Below, one piece after another: positions 8,393-17,372 of a stretch of 41,294 nt of DNA; positions within the stretch are counted from its first letter, which is position 1, and every line of letters starts with the position of its first letter. Where the stretch lies: UHGV virus genome UHGV-0110231, one strand, 5' to 3'. Below the pieces are notes generated by a model. The model did not search any database, had not been told where the DNA came from, and saw only the letters and a list, made by a program, of their open reading frames with translations. The position numbers and the translations under genes are program-made. Source of the DNA: a virus.

Positions 8393-8395
8393 ATC

Positions 8396-8743
8396 ATGAG
8401 AAAACAGATGCAGGCTCTTGGTCGACTCAAAACAGGCCAGATGAACAAAACAGAATCTGCGTATTGCCAGCACCTTGAGCTGCGTAAACGTGCAGGAGAA
8501 ATCGTCTGGTATCGATTTGAGGGTATCAAGCTGCGGTTAGCTGACAACACGTTCTATACGCCAGATTTTGCTGTGATGCTCGCCACCGGCGAGATGGAAC
8601 TGCACGAAGTGAAAGGGGGATTCTGGACCGATGACGCCAGAGTGAAAACCAAAGTCGCCGCAGATCAGTATCCGTTCCGAATCATCGGGGTAACGGTTAA
8701 GCCAAAGAAAGCAGGTGGTGGCTGGAACATCGAAGAGTTCTGA
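8396..8743 (+). CDS. Small PD-(D/E)XK-type nuclease (DUF1064-like; possible Holliday-junction resolvase)
   Basis: 115 aa; YTPDF ... ELHEVKG matches a D...E.K nuclease signature. Confidence 0.45.
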   Translation: MRKQMQALGRLKTGQMNKTESAYCQHLELRKRAGEIVWYRFEGIKLRLADNTFYTPDFAVMLATGEMELHEVKGGFWTDDARVKTKVAADQYPFRIIGVTVKPKKAGGGWNIEEF

Positions 8744-8804
8744 ATCGACGATCTTTTTAGTTATCAATGTAATCAATAAGTTATGTGGATAAGCGAGGGT
8801 AAAG

Positions 8805-9284
8805 ATGGAAAGTAATATCAAAGGGTTAGTTGCCGCCGGGCATGAGATGGCTTCGGAACTGAAAGCAGAATGTGGTGCCGTTGATATGCGCAGTGTGGCA
8901 AAGCTCATCAGCGATTTGGCAACGCAACTGGAAGTGCAACTGGTGCGTGCTAATGCGCTGGCAGCGGAGAATGCGGGGCTGAAGTCTGGCGCTATGGATG
9001 AAATCAAGGTTATCAACCGTGGAGGGCAGGCATATTGCGTAAAAGATGGAGTGCAAGTTAATCCCATGTATGCAAGAGGGTGGAATGACTATCGCGCAAA
9101 GTCTCTGCAATCAGACACCCCAGCCACCGATGCTTTCCTGGCTGAAATTGAACGCAAAGCAATCCGCAAGTTCATTAACAGCATTGAACACATCCTGCGT
9201 GACAAGTTATCACCGTATGACACCGAAGAGATGCTTGAGGCTATGCGTATTTTTCTGGAAGAACAGGGAGGTGAGCAAAAATGA
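8805..9284 (+). CDS. Hypothetical protein
   Basis: 159-aa ORF with Shine-Dalgarno in the accessory region. Confidence 0.45.
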   Translation: MESNIKGLVAAGHEMASELKAECGAVDMRSVAKLISDLATQLEVQLVRANALAAENAGLKSGAMDEIKVINRGGQAYCVKDGVQVNPMYARGWNDYRAKSLQSDTPATDAFLAEIERKAIRKFINSIEHILRDKLSPYDTEEMLEAMRIFLEEQGGEQK

Positions 9285-9598
9285 CGATCACAAAACAACG
9301 TGTAGAAAAAATCATATCCCGCATTGAAATGTATGGGCATGGTGCCGGGTATACCGCTGACGAGGTTTATGACCTTGCTGTACTGGCGCTGAATTTATCA
9401 AATATCGCAAAACTCAAGCGATACGAGCTTGATATGGATGGTTGTGACTCGTTCGGTCAGGATTGTGGCGCTGACATGACTGAAGATTCTGATGGCGATT
9501 ATGTCCTGTTTGATGACGTGGTTAAGTTGTTTGAGTTTGATACAACCACTCAGAAGTTAGAAAGCCCAGCAAAGGAGGCAGCCAGTGAGCGAGATTGA
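9281..9598 (+). CDS. Hypothetical acidic protein
   Basis: 105 aa; GGAGGTGA Shine-Dalgarno; start overlaps the previous stop. Confidence 0.45.
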   Translation: MTITKQRVEKIISRIEMYGHGAGYTADEVYDLAVLALNLSNIAKLKRYELDMDGCDSFGQDCGADMTEDSDGDYVLFDDVVKLFEFDTTTQKLESPAKEAASERD

Positions 9599-10250
9599 CT
9601 ATCAGGCACTGCGTGAGGCGGCAGTGAAAGCAACGTGGGGAGACTGGGACTCATATAAACCACACCGTGGCGCACGTGGTTATGAGGTCCGACTAAGTAG
9701 TCAGGCCATTGCGCAACACGTTCTGAAAAACAACGTTGAATTTATTGCTGCCTTTAATCCAAAGGTTGCTTTGGCACTACTGGATGAACGGGAAAGAAAC
9801 CAGCAATACATCAAAAACCGCGACCAGGAGAACGAGGATATTGCGCTAACGGTAGGGAAGCTGCGCGTTGAGCTGGAAGGCAAAGACAGCAAAATAGCCA
9901 ATCTTACCGCCGAACGCGATGCTCTTCGTGAAGGTGAGATGGGCGACGCTAGGCATAGCAACACACGGGCCGCAGCTGATATCTACTTCCAACTGGTCGA
10001 GGAGTGCGAAATTCCTGCTGGCGGTTCTCTGGTCGAGTACGTTGACGATATGCGCGAGAAGTTGGAAGCCGCAGAGAAGCGCATAGCAGAACTGGAAGCA
10101 CGGGAGGTTGTACTGCCGCGTGCGCACGATGTTCACCCATTAGGGCCGCAGTCGGCGAAAATTTTTTGTGAGTTTCACCGGAGTATCGTGAACAGATGCG
10201 CCGATGAGATTCGCAAGGTTGGCGTCAAAGTCAGCATCAAGGGGAATTAG
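9585..10250 (+). CDS. ead/Ea22-like protein
   Basis: 221 aa; N-terminus SEIDYQALREAAVKATWGDW typical of Ea22-like prophage proteins; coiled-coil middle; GTG start with AAGGAGG. Confidence 0.55.
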   Translation: MSEIDYQALREAAVKATWGDWDSYKPHRGARGYEVRLSSQAIAQHVLKNNVEFIAAFNPKVALALLDERERNQQYIKNRDQENEDIALTVGKLRVELEGKDSKIANLTAERDALREGEMGDARHSNTRAAADIYFQLVEECEIPAGGSLVEYVDDMREKLEAAEKRIAELEAREVVLPRAHDVHPLGPQSAKIFCEFHRSIVNRCADEIRKVGVKVSIKGN

Positions 10251-10254
10251 GGAT

Positions 10255-10833
10255 ATGGCTGAACTAACCAAAGAATGGCTGAAGCAAACTATCGCTGAAT
10301 ACGAAGCCAATCGTGATGAATTACCGTTTGGACTGGATACCAACAGTGCCATTGAGCTTCAGGCGTTCAAGTTGGCGCTGGCATCGCTGGAAGCAGAACA
10401 AGTTGCTTATATTTTCAAACATCCGGCTGGAAAATTATTCTGGGCTTTAACGGATGAAAGCAATAAAGATCAATCGGACGTTATTCCTGTTTATGCTGCC
10501 TCACCTGCACCGATAGCGTCGGAGGCCATTGAAAACGCTATTGAATACATCCGCAGTATCGTTTTTCACATCGATGAAGACGATTACCACGGCAAACATA
10601 TTGCGTATTTCATGCGACAAGCATTGGCCTGGCTGGAAGGGCATTCATGCAGTGATGACAGTCAGGGCAAATCCGATAATTCACCATTGCCGCGCTACCA
10701 GGTGATCGAATTAACAATGCTGGTTAAACAATTGGTCAGCCAACTGAAAAAAGCAAAACCTGATTGCAAATTACCTGATAGGGCGATGGATTATCTTTTG
10801 CGAAACGGACTGGTAAGTGCGGAGGGGGTTTAA
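10255..10833 (+). CDS. Hypothetical protein
   Basis: Internal ATG after the previous stop, with GGGA Shine-Dalgarno. Confidence 0.45.
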   Translation: MAELTKEWLKQTIAEYEANRDELPFGLDTNSAIELQAFKLALASLEAEQVAYIFKHPAGKLFWALTDESNKDQSDVIPVYAASPAPIASEAIENAIEYIRSIVFHIDEDDYHGKHIAYFMRQALAWLEGHSCSDDSQGKSDNSPLPRYQVIELTMLVKQLVSQLKKAKPDCKLPDRAMDYLLRNGLVSAEGV

Positions 10834-10835
10834 CG

Positions 10836-11387
10836 ATGACCATTTCTACAAAAAAGCCTCTTTATGCTGAGGTTCACAATGTTCCTGATGATTATGAGTT
10901 CACTGACGAGGAACTAAACAGAATTATTGCAGGTGATATGTTCACTCCTCGTCAGGACGCAATAATGGCACGGGAGATACAGAAACTCCGTGCCGCCATG
11001 CTTCATGGTGCAGAACCTGTAAAACAGACTTACAAGTTGCCTCCCCTGTCATCCAGCGAAGTAAACGAAGCGGCATGGAGATTACACAACATGCTGACTG
11101 AATGCATCCCTCTAAATGGTCATCAGTTCAACAATCTGAAGGGTTGGTTCTATGAGGCGTTAAAGGTCGCAATGCGCAACTATCCGGCAACTCCGGATGG
11201 TTGGGTTCCGGTAAGCGAAAGGATGCCGGAACCTTATGAATACGTTCTTGTAACTGATGGTTTTGATGGCTGTGAGGTTATGCGTGTTAATACAGATGGC
11301 TACTGGGGGCCAGCAAAGAGTTTATATCCAGGTAGTATTACCCACTGGATGCCACTGCCAGCAGCACCGCAGCAGGAGGTGAAGTAA
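10836..11387 (+). CDS. DUF551-like protein
   Basis: 183 aa; C-terminal WVPVSERMPE...W motif. Confidence 0.5.
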   Translation: MTISTKKPLYAEVHNVPDDYEFTDEELNRIIAGDMFTPRQDAIMAREIQKLRAAMLHGAEPVKQTYKLPPLSSSEVNEAAWRLHNMLTECIPLNGHQFNNLKGWFYEALKVAMRNYPATPDGWVPVSERMPEPYEYVLVTDGFDGCEVMRVNTDGYWGPAKSLYPGSITHWMPLPAAPQQEVK

Positions 11388-11509
11388 TGAACAAGTGCAA
11401 CGCTCTGCTTTATGCCATGGTGATTGGTTTCGGCCTGGCTGCTGGTATCCGGGTTTATATTGCCTGGGAGTCATTAATCAATCTGGCGTGGAGTGCGATT
11501 CGTGGCTAA
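11387..11509 (+). CDS. Small hydrophobic membrane peptide (40 aa)
   Basis: Not in the ORF track; GGAGGTG Shine-Dalgarno, TAATG overlap with the upstream stop; MNKCNALLYAMVIGFGLAAGIRVYIAW... Confidence 0.35.
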   Translation: MNKCNALLYAMVIGFGLAAGIRVYIAWESLINLAWSAIRG

Positions 11510-11840
11510 ATCCCCCGCAGAACGCAAAGCCGCGCAGCGCGCTCGGCAGTCAGCCGCCGGTGAGCGCAAAATTGAACTGGTGCTGGATAAGCAGGAGCAG
11601 GAAATGCTGGAGCGTAACTGTGCCGCCCGTCGCCCTGGTCGTGCGCCGTATGAAATGAGCGAATACATCGCGTTACTGATCCGCCAGGATGATGCACGCG
11701 TGCGCGGGCGTATAAAATCGATCAGCAGAAAACGTTGCGGTAAGTGCGGCGAGAGAGTTCCAGTTAATTCATGCCCGTGTAATGGTGACTCGCAATGCTG
11801 GGTGACTAAAGGCTGGCATGAAACGAAATTAATAGTGTGA
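11493..11840 (+). CDS. Basic protein with C-terminal Cys cluster (zinc ribbon); candidate late-gene regulator
   Basis: 115 aa; CGKCGERVPVNSCPCNGDSQC; last gene before a terminator and the terminase genes. Confidence 0.45.
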   Translation: MRFVAKSPAERKAAQRARQSAAGERKIELVLDKQEQEMLERNCAARRPGRAPYEMSEYIALLIRQDDARVRGRIKSISRKRCGKCGERVPVNSCPCNGDSQCWVTKGWHETKLIV

Positions 11841-11848
11841 CATGTCAC
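11837..11848. repeat. Perfect 12-bp palindrome GTGACATGTCAC (copy 1)
   Basis: Overlaps the stop codon of the 11493..11840 gene. Confidence 0.7.
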
Positions 11849-11889
11849 GAGTAGATTATGCATGATGAATTTGATGGATTTTGAATACT

Positions 11890-11915
11890 GCCGCCAACTA
11901 TGGCGGCTTTATTTT
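11890..11915 (+). terminator. Rho-independent terminator upstream of terminase (tR'-like)
   Basis: Hairpin GCCGCCA-acta-TGGCGGC followed by TTTATTTT. Confidence 0.55.
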
Positions 11916-11958
11916 GCATGGTACTATTACCACAACGGTAACTATTACCACGGTGGTT

Positions 11959-12555
11959 ATGATGCCTGCTGAACCTAAAACCTATAAACGCAAATCAACG
12001 CAATTTAAGCCGCTCACAGCAATGCAGGAGGCTTATTGCCAGTCATACATCAAAACGCCTGAAAACCAGACTCAGGCAGCGATTAACGCAGGATTCTCCC
12101 CAAACACAGCGGCAGTTAAAGCCAGTGTCATGATGCGCGATGAACGCATTCAAAAACGGATTGCCGAGTTGATGGAGGAGCGCAACAAACGAATGCGCGT
12201 CAGTGCCGATTACGTTCTCATGCGCCTGGTGGAGATCGACCAGATGGACGTGATTGATATCCTCAACGACGATGGGAGCCTTAAGCCAATCCGCGAGTGG
12301 CCGAAAATCTGGCGCACTACGCTTAGTGGCTTTGATCTGTCATCGACCATCATGAACATGAACGAGGATTCGATAGAGACAATCCTCAAAAAAATTAAAT
12401 GGCCTGACAAGGTGAAGAACCTCGAACTGATTGGTAAGCACGTCGACGTCAACGCATTCAAAGAACGCCTGGATGTTAATGTGAATGTGACAATTGCTGA
12501 TCGCATAGCGGCAGCCAGGAAGCGACTCAAAGAACGTCAGGATGGTAATCAGTGA
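11959..12555 (+). CDS. Terminase small subunit
   Basis: 198 aa; HTH-like N-terminal part (AINAGFSPNTAAVKASVMMRDERIQKRIAEL); immediately precedes and overlaps the large subunit gene. Confidence 0.7.
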   Translation: MMPAEPKTYKRKSTQFKPLTAMQEAYCQSYIKTPENQTQAAINAGFSPNTAAVKASVMMRDERIQKRIAELMEERNKRMRVSADYVLMRLVEIDQMDVIDILNDDGSLKPIREWPKIWRTTLSGFDLSSTIMNMNEDSIETILKKIKWPDKVKNLELIGKHVDVNAFKERLDVNVNVTIADRIAAARKRLKERQDGNQ

Positions 12556-14027
12556 CAGATACAGCGTTATCTCCTGAAGAGCAGTTGATCGAGGATATTG
12601 CAGGGTTCACTCACGATCCGCTTGGCTATGCCCTCTATGCGTTCCCGTGGGGGGAAGAGGGGACTGAACTGGCACATGCTACCGGCCCACGTCAGTGGCA
12701 GGCTGATGCGTTCCGAGAGATACGTGATCACCTGCAGAATCCAGAGACGCGCTATCAGCCGCTTATGCTGGCACGCGCTTCTGGTCACGGTATTGGTAAA
12801 TCCGCATTCATCTCAATGCTGATCAACTGGGGCATGTCCACTTGCGAGGATTGTAAGATCGTGGTGACCGCCAACACCGACAACCAGCTACGAACGAAGA
12901 CCTGGCCGGAAATTATCAAGTGGTCGAACCTTGCTATCACGAAAGACTGGTTTACCTGTACCGCTACTGCTATGTACAGCAATGATCCTGGGCACGACAA
13001 GCGGTGGCGAGCTGACGCAATCCCCTGGTCTGAGCACAACACTGAGGCATTCGCCGGACTACACAACGAGCGCAAACGCATCATCGTGGTATTTGATGAA
13101 GCGTCGAACATTGCGGATCTGGTGTGGGAAGTTGCCGAGGGTGCGCTAACGGACGAAGACACTGAGATTATCTGGGTGGCGTTCGGAAACCCTACACGTA
13201 ACACCGGACGTTTCCGCGAATGTTTCCGCAAATATAAACACCGCTGGAAAACTGCGCAGATTGACAGCCGAACGGTGGAAGGCACTAACAAACAGCAGTT
13301 GCAGAAATGGGTTGATGACTACGGGGAAGACAGCGACTTCGTTAAAATCCGTGTGCGCGGCATATTCCCTGATGCATCTGAATTGCAGTTTATCCCTACC
13401 GGTCTTACTGATGAGGCAATGAAACGGGTGGTGACCGCTGCGCAGGTGGCGCATGCTCCGGTGATAATCGGTGTTGACCCGGCATATTCAGGCGTTGATG
13501 ACGCGGTGATATACCTGCGGCAGGGGCTACACAGTAAGGTGCTGTGGACTGGCAACAAGACTACCGACGATCTGATTATGGCGAAGCGTATCGCTGACTT
13601 TGAAGACCAGTATCAGGCTGATGCGGTGTTCATCGACTTCGGTTACGGTACCGGGCTGAAGTCAATCGGTGACGGTTGGGGGCGCACATGGCAACTTGTT
13701 CCGTTCGGTGGCGCGTCTACTGACCCGCAGATGCTCAACAAGCGTGGGGAGATGTTCAACTCATGCAAGACATGGCTGAGGCTGGGCGGCATGCTGGATG
13801 ACCAGGAAACAGCGGACGACCTGTCGGCGGCAGAGTACAAAGTTCGAGTGGACGGTAAAATCGCTATCGAACCGAAGGAAGATATCAAGGAGCGGCTTGG
13901 GCGTTCGCCGGGTAAAGGCGATGCGCTACTGCTGACGTTTGCGTTCCCTGTGTCTAAGCGTCTGCGAATTCCCGGGCAGCAGAACCAGCAAGGCAAGGCC
14001 ATTACAGATTACGATCCCTATGCTTAA
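12552..14027 (+). CDS. Terminase large subunit
   Basis: 491 aa; size, position and ATPase/nuclease-like organisation. Confidence 0.8.
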   Translation: MTDTALSPEEQLIEDIAGFTHDPLGYALYAFPWGEEGTELAHATGPRQWQADAFREIRDHLQNPETRYQPLMLARASGHGIGKSAFISMLINWGMSTCEDCKIVVTANTDNQLRTKTWPEIIKWSNLAITKDWFTCTATAMYSNDPGHDKRWRADAIPWSEHNTEAFAGLHNERKRIIVVFDEASNIADLVWEVAEGALTDEDTEIIWVAFGNPTRNTGRFRECFRKYKHRWKTAQIDSRTVEGTNKQQLQKWVDDYGEDSDFVKIRVRGIFPDASELQFIPTGLTDEAMKRVVTAAQVAHAPVIIGVDPAYSGVDDAVIYLRQGLHSKVLWTGNKTTDDLIMAKRIADFEDQYQADAVFIDFGYGTGLKSIGDGWGRTWQLVPFGGASTDPQMLNKRGEMFNSCKTWLRLGGMLDDQETADDLSAAEYKVRVDGKIAIEPKEDIKERLGRSPGKGDALLLTFAFPVSKRLRIPGQQNQQGKAITDYDPYA

Positions 14028-14077
14028 TCCGTTAGCGGGGATAATGACGGAGATATCCTCTGGTGAGGATAAAACAA

Positions 14078-14101
14078 AGCCAGCTCATCGGCTGGCTGTT
14101 T
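14078..14101 (+). terminator. Stem-loop terminator after the terminase large subunit gene
   Basis: AGCCAGC-tcatcg-GCTGGCT followed by GTTTGT. Confidence 0.4.
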
Positions 14102-14113
14102 GTGACATGTCAC
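14102..14113. repeat. Perfect 12-bp palindrome GTGACATGTCAC (copy 2)
   Basis: Between the convergent terminase and gp49-like genes. Confidence 0.7.
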
Positions 14114-14117
14114 GGTG

Positions 14118-14474
14118 TTATTGCTCGCTTAACTTCTGCTTCAGCAAGTAACCTTCAAGCATCCAGATTTTGTTTACAGCATTCTGCCGGGCAATCTTCC
14201 GACCAATTTCTGCATCAAAGTTTTCCGGGCTTGCACAGGCGCTCTCTCCGGTGACGGTGAAGCCATTCTTCAGCACCAGTACGCAGAAAGTAAGGAGGTC
14301 TGTAGATTTATGCGCTGTCCACGCATCGCCAACGCCCATATTGGCGGCACGAATACCGTCATAAGCAGTAAAGAAATGCTCTTCAAGAATGATGCTTTCG
14401 ATATATTGAGGCGTAACGCGCGGTGCCGTTTTGCCTTTCTCAACGATTTCTTTTTCGATTTGCTGGTCGTTCAT
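14118..14474 (-). CDS. Gp49-like phage protein of unknown function
   Basis: 118 aa; antisense to the flanking structural genes; family assignment from memory. Confidence 0.5.
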   Translation of the reverse strand: MNDQQIEKEIVEKGKTAPRVTPQYIESIILEEHFFTAYDGIRAANMGVGDAWTAHKSTDLLTFCVLVLKNGFTVTGESACASPENFDAEIGRKIARQNAVNKIWMLEGYLLKQKLSEQ

Positions 14475-14672
14475 AATCTCACCTTAAAAAAATGCCCGGC
14501 GAACCGGGCGAACTGGAAGCAATGAGTTATGCCTTCCGTGGCTGTACGGGTTTACAGCATGAAGTCATCGCAATGGCGTCCTGCTGTAAAAAGGGCGGTG
14601 ATAGTCCTTCAAGGGAAACCATCACCGCCAAGCCCATGGAACTTCTGGCATCACGGTCCTTAGGCGTGATTC

Positions 14673-14749
14673 TGGCGTGGCATGCAGGATTCGAACCTGC
14701 GACCAACCGCTTAGAAGGCGGTTGCTCTGTCCAACTGAGCTAATGCCAC
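14673..14749 (-). tRNA. tRNA-Arg (anticodon UCU), phage-encoded
   Basis: 77-nt cloverleaf read by hand: acceptor GTGGCAT/ATGCCAC, D-arm GCTC..GAGC, anticodon stem ACCGC/GCGGT with loop CTTCTAA, T-arm GCAGG-TTCGAAT-CCTGC, discriminator G, CCA encoded. Confidence 0.85.
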
Positions 14750-15071
14750 AACGCTGAGAGCACTTAGCCTGTTAAGGCACCACACTTTGTCGCGGCTCCA
14801 TAAATGCTCTCATCGTTGTACCCTCGTCTCTTCCGAGGCGTCACACCGAATCGCCGGGATGGTGAATCCCCGTGCGCGGAATAAAACCGCTCGACTTGCA
14901 CATTCCGGCTACCTGGTTCGTTTGCCCGAGCAAGGGAGGGTGCCCCTTAAACGTATCCAGACCGCTATCGGCGCATGTGCCATACGTCGTACTGCTCAAA
15001 ATAAAAGCTCACTCCACCTGTTCAATTTAACGACAAGCCAGTCAGGTTAATAACCGGAATTAACCCTTTGC

Positions 15072-15086
15072 TTACCTGAAAGGTAA
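15072..15086. promoter_or_regulatory. Operator-like palindrome upstream of the structural operon
   Basis: TTACCTGAAAGGTAA. Confidence 0.5.
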
Positions 15087-15176
15087 TAATTTGTGCGTTA
15101 AATGTCAACTATCTACGATAAATAAATCATATGTGGTTAAATTGGTAATAATTTAATTGCGTACGGAGTCATTGAT

Positions 15177-15383
15177 ATGTGCATGGGTAGCTCACCGTCA
15201 GTGCCTGCAACACCAGAAGTTCAGGCAGCACCACAGGAGCAGGATGCCGCCGTTGTTGATGCCCGCGACGAAGAAACTCGTCGCCGTCGCGCTGCTGCTG
15301 GTCGTAGTTCTACGCTGCTTACCGGTTCTCAGGGTGACACATCAACCGCTAATACCAGCGGTAAAACGCTGCTTGGTCAGTAA
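15177..15383 (+). CDS. Small hypothetical protein preceding the portal gene
   Basis: 68 aa; GGAG Shine-Dalgarno; its initiation-region sequence is duplicated before the portal gene. Confidence 0.45.
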   Translation: MCMGSSPSVPATPEVQAAPQEQDAAVVDARDEETRRRRAAAGRSSTLLTGSQGDTSTANTSGKTLLGQ

Positions 15384-15397
15384 CCGGAGTCATTGAA

Positions 15398-17077
15398 ATG
15401 GCGGAAACAACTAAAGAGCGATTGAACAAACAGTTCGCACAACTTGAAAGCGAGCGTCAGTCGTTCGAGCCGCACTGGCGCGAGTTGAGTGATTACATCA
15501 ACCCGCGTGGTTCCCGCTTTCTTACTTCTGAGGTCAACCGTAACGATCGACGCAATACACGCATTATTGATTCGACCGGGACTATGGCGGCGCGCACTCT
15601 CGCCAGCGGCATGATGTCTGGCATCACAAGCCCCGCGCGTCCGTGGTTTCGCCTGGCTACGCCTGATCCTGAAATGATGGATTATGGTCCTGTTAAGTTG
15701 TGGCTTGAGGCGGTGCAGAACCGCATGAACGATATGTTCAATAAGTCGAATCTCTATCAGTCGCTGCCGCAGTTATACGGAAGCCTCGGCACATACAGCA
15801 CTGGTGCAATGGCAGTACTGGAGGATGACGAGGACATCATTCGCACAATGCCATTCCCGATAGGCAGTTACTACCTGGCTAACTCACCTCGTGGCAGTGT
15901 GGACACCTGTTTTCGCAAGTTCTCTATGACTGTTCGTCAGCTTGTTCAGGAGTTCGGGCTAAATAACGTCAGCGAATCCGTAAAAAGCATGTGGGAAAGC
16001 GGCACCTACGAGAAGTGGATTGAAGTGATGCATTCGGTTTACCCGAACATTGACCGCGATACATCGAAGCTGGATAGCAAGAACAAGCCATTCAAATCGG
16101 TTTATTACGAGGTTGGTGGCGATAACGACAAGTTGTTGCGTGAGTCCGGATTTGATGAGTTTCCAATTATGGCTCCGCGCTGGGAAGTTAACGGCGAAGA
16201 TGTTTATGGATCATCATGCCCGGGTATGCTGGCGCTTGGACCTGTTAAGGCATTGCAGCTTCTCCAGAAGCGCAAGTCGCAGTTGATTGATAAAGCCACC
16301 AATCCGCCGATGGTTGCTCCGACTTCCCTCAAGAATCAGCGCGCCTCCCTTCTTCCTGGCGACATCACGTATATCGATCAGATTACTGGTCAGGATGGCT
16401 TCAGGCCTGCTTATCTGGTTAACCCCAGTACAGCAGATTTGGTGGCAGACATTCAGGACACTCGTCAAATCATTAACAGCGCCTACTTTGTCGATCTGTT
16501 CATGATGTTGCAGAACATCAATACCCGCTCGATGCCTGTTGAAGCGGTGATCGAAATGAAAGAAGAAAAACTTCTGATGTTGGGGCCGGTACTTGAGCGT
16601 CTGAACGACGAATGTCTTAATCCTCTCATTGACCGCGCTTTCTCGATGATGGTGCGTAAAAACATGCTGCCGCCACCGCCTGACGCGATGGAAGGCATGC
16701 CCCTGAAGGTCGAATACATTTCCGTCATGGCTCAGGCGCAGAAGTCTATCGGCCTGTCCAGTCTGGCGTCCACGGTTAACTTCATTGGTCAACTTGCGCA
16801 AGCGAAACCAGAAGCTCTCGACAAACTCAACGTTGATCAGGCGATCGATGCATTCGCTGATATGTCCGGAGTGTCTCCAACCGTCATTGTTCCGCAGGAA
16901 CAGGTTGAGCAGGCTCGCCAGCAACGGGCACAGCAGCAACAGCAGCAACAAATGATGGCGATGGGGATGGCGGCGGCACAGGGTGCCAAGACGCTAAGCG
17001 AAGCTAAAACTTCGGATCCGAGTGTTTTGTCAGCTATGGCGAATGCAGTTAGTGGTCAGGGTGGGCAATCACAATGA
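15398..17077 (+). CDS. Portal protein (T7 gp8-like head-to-tail connector)
   Basis: 559 aa; C-terminal Q/M-rich tail (QQQQQQQMMAMGMAAAQG) resembles the T7 gp8 C-terminus. Confidence 0.8.
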   Translation: MAETTKERLNKQFAQLESERQSFEPHWRELSDYINPRGSRFLTSEVNRNDRRNTRIIDSTGTMAARTLASGMMSGITSPARPWFRLATPDPEMMDYGPVKLWLEAVQNRMNDMFNKSNLYQSLPQLYGSLGTYSTGAMAVLEDDEDIIRTMPFPIGSYYLANSPRGSVDTCFRKFSMTVRQLVQEFGLNNVSESVKSMWESGTYEKWIEVMHSVYPNIDRDTSKLDSKNKPFKSVYYEVGGDNDKLLRESGFDEFPIMAPRWEVNGEDVYGSSCPGMLALGPVKALQLLQKRKSQLIDKATNPPMVAPTSLKNQRASLLPGDITYIDQITGQDGFRPAYLVNPSTADLVADIQDTRQIINSAYFVDLFMMLQNINTRSMPVEAVIEMKEEKLLMLGPVLERLNDECLNPLIDRAFSMMVRKNMLPPPPDAMEGMPLKVEYISVMAQAQKSIGLSSLASTVNFIGQLAQAKPEALDKLNVDQAIDAFADMSGVSPTVIVPQEQVEQARQQRAQQQQQQQMMAMGMAAAQGAKTLSEAKTSDPSVLSAMANAVSGQGGQSQ

Positions 17078-17370
17078 CAGATTACGAAGACGATCAACTG
17101 AAAGAAGAAAACGACCGTAAGCAACGTGACATGGCGCAGCGTGAAATTGATGACATTCGCTTTGTCATGAGCAGTGAACAGGGGCGTCGCGTTGTCTGGT
17201 CGGTGCTGGAGAAAGGCCGTGTGTTTTCCGCTATCTCACCGATGGACGCTATGGCAATGGCATTTAATGAGGGGCAACGCAATCTGGCGCTGGAGCTGTT
17301 TCAGCGCGTTATGGCGCATTGCCCTGAACAGTATTTGAAGATGGCCAAAGAGGCCAGTGAACAGGAGTGA
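17074..17370 (+). CDS. Hypothetical head-module protein
   Basis: 98 aa; ATGA overlap with the portal stop. Confidence 0.5.
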   Translation: MTDYEDDQLKEENDRKQRDMAQREIDDIRFVMSSEQGRRVVWSVLEKGRVFSAISPMDAMAMAFNEGQRNLALELFQRVMAHCPEQYLKMAKEASEQE

Positions 17371-17372
17371 TC

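Noticed and set aside
11837-11848. Reading the 12-bp palindrome as a CRP site (TGTGA...TCACA) or LexA box
   Set aside because: The spacer between the TGTGA and TCACA halves is about 4 nt rather than the 6 needed for CRP, and there is no CTGT-N8-ACAG; left as an unassigned palindrome
14800-14900. Possible second tRNA (T-arm-like GGGAT-GGTGA-ATCCC)
   Set aside because: Loop is 5 nt rather than 7, there is no matching acceptor or anticodon stem, and no canonical TTCGAAT-type T-loop; not a tRNA by hand-folding
14787-15050. 87-aa Arg-rich ORF on the plus strand in the non-coding stretch upstream of the tRNA
   Set aside because: No Shine-Dalgarno and a composition typical of a GC-rich non-coding frame; kept only as part of the possible structured RNA or leader region
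16214-16951. 245-aa antisense ORF inside the portal gene (similar long antisense ORFs at 17502..18083, 20622..21326, 12785..13291, 24417..25034)
   Set aside because: Shadow ORFs fully embedded in well-supported structural genes on the opposite strand; no independent start signals
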